Part shown: positions 58,676 to 64,000 of the stretch, piece after piece
Position numbering within the stretch: the stretch's first letter is position 1
How the letters are laid out: every line of letters starts with the position of its first letter
Notes under the pieces: generated by a model
Database searches by the model: none
Told to the model about the DNA's origin: nothing
What the model saw: only the letters and a program-made list of their open reading frames with translations
Program-made: the position numbers and the translations under genes
Source: Syntrophales bacterium
GTDB taxonomy: Bacteria > Desulfobacterota > Syntrophia > Syntrophales > UBA4778
Assembly (NCBI GenBank): GCA_963665615.2
Contig: CAXXQE010000007.1
Span: 186,001-250,000 of the forward strand
Length of the DNA stretch: 64,000 nucleotides
Direction: 5' to 3'

Positions 58676-59437
58676 CTAAGTTATTCCAAGGGGCTGCGCA
58701 AACCGTTCAACCGCAAGAGGGCTATAGAACTTGAGACTGGGCGTTCCATCTTCGTAGTTCAAGTAAGAAAAGTGAGCGACCCAATCCCCAAGCGACACAA
58801 AGACCTTTTCAGACTGATTCACTACAACTTTCTTGAGAACGGGTTTGTGGCAGTGCCCCAAAATCACGGCATCATACCCCGCCCGAAATTGATCCGTTGC
58901 AAAGCGTTCCATCTTTTGCACCATCTTGTCGCTTGCCTCTTCGTTAAAGCCCTTGCTGACATCTGAACTCAAGGAGGCAAGCCACCACCGAAGAGCAGCC
59001 GGGATGAGACGTTGGAAATGATAAAACGGTCTCGATCTGAGGATTCTCCTCAGAAATAGATAGCGGGTGTTTTGCCGATCCACCAGATCACCATGAGCTA
59101 CAAACAGTCTTTTACCATCCAAAGCGAGCTCGGCCGCATCCTCAAAAACTTTCATGCCCAACGTGCCGCCGAAATAGGCGTTCATGTAAAAATCATGATT
59201 GCCTTCGCAGAGATGGATCGTCGTGCCACTCTGTTTTAAATCGATAAGACGGTCAATCACAGGTACATATTCAGGATAAATCCGTTTAGACGAAGAAAAC
59301 CAGAAATCGAAAAAATCACCTACAAGAACGAGGTGTTCGCATTTCCCCTTGATTTCATTTAGAAAACTAAGAAGAATGCAATAACGTTCATCCTTTCTCG
59401 ACCTGAGATGCACATCCGACAGAAAAATAGCTCTCAT
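58676..59437 (-). CDS. lpxH: UDP-2,3-diacylglucosamine diphosphatase (metallophosphoesterase)
   Basis: SDVHL, GDFFDFW, GNHD, HGD, GHCH, LGDW. Confidence 0.82.
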   Translation of the reverse strand: MRAIFLSDVHLRSRKDERYCILLSFLNEIKGKCEHLVLVGDFFDFWFSSSKRIYPEYVPVIDRLIDLKQSGTTIHLCEGNHDFYMNAYFGGTLGMKVFEDAAELALDGKRLFVAHGDLVDRQNTRYLFLRRILRSRPFYHFQRLIPAALRWWLASLSSDVSKGFNEEASDKMVQKMERFATDQFRAGYDAVILGHCHKPVLKKVVVNQSEKVFVSLGDWVAHFSYLNYEDGTPSLKFYSPLAVERFAQPLGIT

Positions 59438-60087
59438 CGAAGCATGACTCTGGATAGAAGCGCTTCCGAGTTTGCGAACAAGGTGTCTATCTGTGCGTCC
59501 AATAACCCCGCGCCGGCCGCAACTCGCCTGGAAAACGATTGCGTTATCAGATCCTGAGGCGCGTGCGCATCGGTATTGAGCACCATGCTAGCCCCTGCGT
59601 GCGTTGCCAGGCGTGCCACATGACCATTGGCGAGACTATGCCCCTTGCGAGCCGTAATCTCAAGAAAGACATTGTGTTTCGCCGCCAGCGCGACCTCTTG
59701 TTCTGATATCAGCCCAGGGTGAGCCAGGATATCCGCGCCTCCTTGAATAGCCGCCAGATTGGTTCCCTCCGCCACCGGCTCGACCAGCGTTTCCCCATGC
59801 ACCACGACGAGACGGGCCCCCATTTTACGGGCCTCCCGAATCAGTGAAGGGATAAGGGCCGGCGGAATATGCGTAAGTTCGATGCCGGGCACGACGGTAA
59901 TACCCGATTGCTCAGAGAGCACAGCGCAAACTCCGACAATCCTGGGAACGATAAAATCCATATTCGATGGATCGGCATGGTCCGTGATGGCGAGCCCCCG
60001 ATAGCCATTCGCTACGGCGCGTCGGGCCAGCTCAGAGGGAATCAGCTCGCCGTCACTGAAAATGGTATGGGTGTGCAAATCGATCAT
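59434..60087 (-). CDS. PHP domain protein (histidinol-phosphatase-like family)
   Basis: DLHTHTIFSDG, ITDH, GIELTH, AHPG, NTDAH. Confidence 0.85.
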   Translation of the reverse strand: MIDLHTHTIFSDGELIPSELARRAVANGYRGLAITDHADPSNMDFIVPRIVGVCAVLSEQSGITVVPGIELTHIPPALIPSLIREARKMGARLVVVHGETLVEPVAEGTNLAAIQGGADILAHPGLISEQEVALAAKHNVFLEITARKGHSLANGHVARLATHAGASMVLNTDAHAPQDLITQSFSRRVAAGAGLLDAQIDTLFANSEALLSRVMLR

Positions 60088-60194
60088 GGGCATCCTCTTC
60101 AAGGCGATTGAACCTAACCTATCAGATATGATTGGGAAATTCAAAGCACTTTTGTTCTTTGCCCTTAAACGGCCCTTTGTGCTATACAGCGCAC

Positions 60195-61370
60195 ATGACA
60201 AAGATCATCAACAGATACATTCTAAAGGAAATCGGTTTTCCTTTCCTCGCGACGTTGTTCATCTTCACCTTTGTCCTGTTGATCGGCAAAATTTTGCAGA
60301 TCATCGAAATGGTCGTCAATAAAGGCGTCGGCATCATCGATATAGCGCAGTTGATCCTTTTCATCATGCCCTCCTTTCTAATGTTTACCTTGCCGATTTC
60401 ATTTCTCATCGCCGTGCTCATCGGCCTGGGACGACTCTCTGGCGACAACGAAATCACCGTATTACGGGCATCGGGGATGAGCCTGCTTCAACTCTTTGCA
60501 CCGATCGTCGCGGCCGGCGTGATGGTGTCACTGCTGACAGCAGCCATCTGTTTCGTGGCACCGTTGAGCAATCTGGCCAGCAAAGGTCTTCTGTTCCACA
60601 TCCTGCAACAAAAGGCCAGCGTCGGCATCAAAGAGCGCGTCTTCAACGACGACTTCCATGGCCTGGTGCTATACGCCGATCACATCTCTGGCGATGGTGA
60701 TTATATGGATGGGCTCCTGATCTCGGATCAGCGCCTGACCAAGGAAGCGACGACGATTATCGCCCGACGCGGCATCCTCGTATCTAATCCCCAAGCGATG
60801 ACTCTGACCTTGAGGTTGATGGACGGGAGCATTCACGTGGTCGATCCGGGCCACTCGAAATACAAGAAGACCGACTTCAGCACCTACGATGTCAGGCTGG
60901 ACATTAACGCCGGCACCAATAAAAGTGCTGAGACGACCACTGCAAGAAGCACCGATATGACATTCGACGAGCTTCTAGAAAATATTAAACGACGGGATCT
61001 AAACCCGAGCGACGTCAGAGACATGATTATCGAGTTACACAGAAAACTCACAATCCCCCTGTCTTGCATCGTGTTTGCCCTTCTTGGGCTCCCGTTCGGC
61101 ATCGTCAACCAGCGATCGGGCAAGTCGAGGGGATTTACCGTCGGCCTGGCGATCGTCGTGGTTTATTATACCCTGCAACTGGCAGGCGACGCCCTTGGCG
61201 AGACGGGACGCATTTCCCCTGTCGTTGCCGTATGGGCCCCCAATGCCATCCTCGGCACCGTTGGTCTCTATTGTTTCATGATGGCAAGTCGGGAGAAGCC
61301 GATCGCGATCGTGAACCTGACCGTTTGGCTGGAAAACTTGTTCGCTCGCCTTAAGAGAACCTCACGATGA
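60195..61370 (+). CDS. lptF: LPS export ABC transporter permease LptF
   Basis: INRYILKE, GRLSGDNEITVLRASG, W.PN; paired with lptG. Confidence 0.9.
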   Translation: MTKIINRYILKEIGFPFLATLFIFTFVLLIGKILQIIEMVVNKGVGIIDIAQLILFIMPSFLMFTLPISFLIAVLIGLGRLSGDNEITVLRASGMSLLQLFAPIVAAGVMVSLLTAAICFVAPLSNLASKGLLFHILQQKASVGIKERVFNDDFHGLVLYADHISGDGDYMDGLLISDQRLTKEATTIIARRGILVSNPQAMTLTLRLMDGSIHVVDPGHSKYKKTDFSTYDVRLDINAGTNKSAETTTARSTDMTFDELLENIKRRDLNPSDVRDMIIELHRKLTIPLSCIVFALLGLPFGIVNQRSGKSRGFTVGLAIVVVYYTLQLAGDALGETGRISPVVAVWAPNAILGTVGLYCFMMASREKPIAIVNLTVWLENLFARLKRTSR

Positions 61371-62443
61371 CGATCCTGGACCGCCACATATTGAGACAAT
61401 TCTTCCGTCTGCTTCTGTTGACGATGTTGTCCTTTACACTGCTCTATCTGATTGTAGATTTTTTCGGGCGCATCCGGATGTTCCTCAGCAATGACGCCAC
61501 AGTCGAGCAGATCGCCTCCTATTTTCTGTACAGCATGCCCCAGACTGTTTCGCTGACCGTTCCGGTCGCCATGTTGCTGGCTACGTTGCTGTCCTTTTCG
61601 CTGCTTTCGAAAAACAACGAGATCGTCGCCATGAAGTCCAGCGGGGTCAGCATCTATCGGATCTCTTGTCCCCTGCTAATCGCCGCCGTCCTGATCGCTG
61701 TCTGCTCCTTCTTCTTCAATGAGTTTATAACGCCGGCCGCAAACGCAAAAGCGGAATACATCAAACTCGTCGAAGTCCAGAAGCAGCAAAAAGGCGTCTT
61801 TAAACGAGATCAGATCTGGTGCCGCACCGGCAATGCCATCTACAACTTCGCCTATTTTAACCCCTCCACCAACACGCTGAGCGGCATCTCTGTCAACTAC
61901 TTCGACAACACCTTCCACCTGACAGCGCGCATTGATGCCCGCAGCGCCCGTTGGACGCCGAAGGGATGGGAGCTGCGGGACTTGCTGGTCACGTCCTTCC
62001 ACCCAGGCGATTTCCCGGTGATTGAAAAAATGCCGTCTAAAATAGTGGACCTGCCCGAAAGTCCTTCCGAGTTGATGGCGGTTCAAAAGGAACCCGATGA
62101 GATGGGCTTTCTTGAACTGAAAGAATACGTCGATAAACTGAAGGCGCAGGGGTTCGATCCGGGACAGTTTGTGGCGGATATGCACGGCAAGATCGCATTC
62201 GTTGCGGTGAACATCATTTTGGCCTTGATCGGCGTCGCTTTTTCGCTCAGATCCGAACGGAGCGGCGGCGTGGCCCTTAGCATCGGCGCCGGCATTGTGA
62301 TCGGTTTTTCCTACTGGATCGTCTTTGCCTTCTGCCTCTCGCTCGGACGTGCCATGACGATCCCACCGATCCTGGCGGCCTGGCTGGCCAACATCATTCT
62401 TGGCATTGCTGCGGTGGTCATGTATCTGAGGGTAAGGACGTAA
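61367..62443 (+). CDS. lptG: LPS export ABC transporter permease LptG
   Basis: ILDRHILRQF, NNEIVAMKSSGVS, AAWLAN; ATGA overlap with lptF. Confidence 0.9.
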   Translation: MTILDRHILRQFFRLLLLTMLSFTLLYLIVDFFGRIRMFLSNDATVEQIASYFLYSMPQTVSLTVPVAMLLATLLSFSLLSKNNEIVAMKSSGVSIYRISCPLLIAAVLIAVCSFFFNEFITPAANAKAEYIKLVEVQKQQKGVFKRDQIWCRTGNAIYNFAYFNPSTNTLSGISVNYFDNTFHLTARIDARSARWTPKGWELRDLLVTSFHPGDFPVIEKMPSKIVDLPESPSELMAVQKEPDEMGFLELKEYVDKLKAQGFDPGQFVADMHGKIAFVAVNIILALIGVAFSLRSERSGGVALSIGAGIVIGFSYWIVFAFCLSLGRAMTIPPILAAWLANIILGIAAVVMYLRVRT

Positions 62444-62523
62444 AAAAGTGAAAGTCGGACTTAGACTTATTACAAGTCTATCAATAGTGATTAATAAATA
62501 ATAAGCTGACAGGCACTCAAAAT

Positions 62524-62564
62524 AAAGACAGGGCGGAAGGAAATGAGTCCGCCGCCCTGTCTTT
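62524..62564. terminator. Bidirectional terminator between convergent lptG and ahcY
   Basis: aaagacagggcgg...ccgccctgtcttt inverted repeat. Confidence 0.7.
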
Positions 62565-62601
62565 TCTACGATCGCTGTTTACTATTCACTATTTACTGCC
62601 C

Positions 62602-63861
62602 TTAAGTCCCCATTTCCCATGAACTGAGATACTTCTTTTGCTCCGGCGTCAGTTTATCGATTTTGACCCCCATGGCGTCGAGTTTGAGCAAGGCGATCTG
62701 CGCATCGATCTTCTCCGGAACAGGATAGACCTTGTTCTCGAGCTTTTTGGCGTTCTTGACCATGTACTCCGCCGCAAGGGCCTGATTGGCAAAGCTCATG
62801 TCCATCACGCTGGAGGGATGTCCCTCCGCCGCAGCCAGGTTGACAAGGCGCCCTTCGCCGAGGATATGAATCTTCCTGCCGCTAGCCTTCAGGGTATATT
62901 CCTCAATGTAAGTACGAATCTGCCGTATAGAGGACGAGATCTCTTTCAGGCCGGGAATATCCAGCTCGACGTTGAAATGGCCGGAATTAGCGACAATAGC
63001 GCCGTCCTTCATCTTGAGGAAATGCTCTCTGCGGATGACGTTGATATTTCCGGTCAGCGTACAGAAGAAATCGCCGATTTCGGCCGCCTTGGCGATCGGC
63101 ATGACCCGGAAACCGTCCATCACCGCCTCAAGGGCCGGCAGCGGATCCACTTCCGTCACAACCACGTTGGCGCCCATGCCACGCGCCCGCATGGCGAGCC
63201 CCTTGGCACACCAGCCGTAGCCGCAGACCACGAACACCGACCCTGCGATCAGGCGGTTGGTCGCCCGAACCATGCCGTCGATGGTGCTCTGTCCGGTGCC
63301 GTAACGGTTATCGAACATATACTTCGTGTGGGCATCGTTGACGGCAACAATGGGGAACTTCAAGACCCCCTTTTCTGCCATCGCCTTGAGTCGGATGACG
63401 CCTGTTGTCGTCTCCTCGGTGCCCCCGATAATCTGATCGAGCAACTCTGTTCTCTTCGAATGAATCATAGAGACGAGATCCGCCCCGTCATCCATCGTGA
63501 CCATAGGCTTCGTATCCAGGACGGCCTGAATGTGATTGTAGTAGGTCTTGGTGTTCTCCCCCTTAATGGCAAACACGGGAATCTTGTGGTATTTGACCAG
63601 GTAAGCGGCCACGTAATCCTGAGTGCTCAGCGGATTGGAGGCGCATACGCTTAATTCGGCGCCGCCTGCCTTAAGGGTTTCCAGCAGACTCGCGGTTTCC
63701 GTCGTAACATGGAGACAGATGCCCATCCGCACCCCTTTGAGGGGCCGTTCCTTCTTGAACCGGTCCTTGATAATGTTGAGAACGGGCATGCTCCTGTTGG
63801 CCCATTCCACGCACAGCTTACCCTCTTCCGCCAGAGCGATAGACTTGATATCGTATTTCAT
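62602..63861 (-). CDS. ahcY: Adenosylhomocysteinase
   Basis: [46 protein letters not shown]. Confidence 0.96.
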   Translation of the reverse strand: MKYDIKSIALAEEGKLCVEWANRSMPVLNIIKDRFKKERPLKGVRMGICLHVTTETASLLETLKAGGAELSVCASNPLSTQDYVAAYLVKYHKIPVFAIKGENTKTYYNHIQAVLDTKPMVTMDDGADLVSMIHSKRTELLDQIIGGTEETTTGVIRLKAMAEKGVLKFPIVAVNDAHTKYMFDNRYGTGQSTIDGMVRATNRLIAGSVFVVCGYGWCAKGLAMRARGMGANVVVTEVDPLPALEAVMDGFRVMPIAKAAEIGDFFCTLTGNINVIRREHFLKMKDGAIVANSGHFNVELDIPGLKEISSSIRQIRTYIEEYTLKASGRKIHILGEGRLVNLAAAEGHPSSVMDMSFANQALAAEYMVKNAKKLENKVYPVPEKIDAQIALLKLDAMGVKIDKLTPEQKKYLSSWEMGT

Positions 63862-63921
63862 CCTTTTCTCCTGTTCTGTAAAACCCAATTCTTCATGGAT
63901 TCATCCGCCATCGGGGGACGG

Positions 63922-64000
63922 CTATGCCTTTGCTTCCCTTAAAAGCGCTTTTGTATAATCCGCTTTTTCCCACAGGTAATGATCCAGAAATAAGGTACGG
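63922..64000 (-). CDS. metK: 3' end of probable S-adenosylmethionine synthase (partial)
   Basis: Reads RTLFLDHYLWEKADYTKALLREAKA*; WEK.D resembles the MetK C-terminus, and metK-ahcY is a common gene order. Confidence 0.55.
   Translation of the reverse strand, partial: RTLFLDHYLWEKADYTKALLREAKA

Noticed and set aside
63862..63921. SAH/SAM riboswitch upstream of ahcY
   Set aside because: Only ~60 bp separate it from the upstream (metK-like) gene and no consensus is visible.
21144..63958. Long plus-strand ORFs antisense to housekeeping genes (e.g. 27946-29133, 42975-44297, 50949-51956, 62638-63654)
   Set aside because: Typical antisense shadows in GC-rich coding DNA, with no motifs.

Overview
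The window has two parts. Gene content suggests a Syntrophales-like deltaproteobacterium (inference). (1) 1-~20,430 is a visibly more AT-rich accessory region ending at the 3' end of a tRNA-Pro(TGG). Its main feature (minus strand, 1-~11,000) is a large RTX/type I secretion-type protein that the ORF track missed because it runs off the window (3790 to <1, >1260 aa). It has an N-terminal GHSLGG lipase domain. Upstream lies a tandem array of [exported/lipoprotein partner gene + alternative lipase N-terminus] cassettes. Two of these cassettes stop at the point matching the end of the first RTX block of the full-length gene. This looks like a mirror-image (N-terminal-toxin) polymorphic toxin/immunity system with orphan cassettes. 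One cassette has its middle replaced by a RAYT-type HUH transposase with inverted-repeat ends, and another has decayed to a stub. A GT4 glycosyltransferase, PAS-LuxR regulator, CZB chemoreceptor, PAS hybrid kinase and MBL hydrolase follow. (2) 20,570-64,000 is core genome: rdgB, rph, amidase, relA/spoT, proS, ispG, aminotransferase, coaD, rsmD, asd, pssA, psd, tsaB, rseP, dxr, cdsA, uppS, frr, pyrH, tsf, rpsB, argJ, secA, M23 peptidase, Kef-type antiporter, ppnP, mutM, a two-subunit biotin carboxylase, kdsD, a 7TM kinase/REC-adenylate cyclase pair, pdaD, lpxH, PHP, lptFG, ahcY and the 3' end of metK. Four copies of a small GCAAGC-loop double-hairpin repeat are scattered through this part. All calls come from reading the sequence and recognising motifs; no searches were run.
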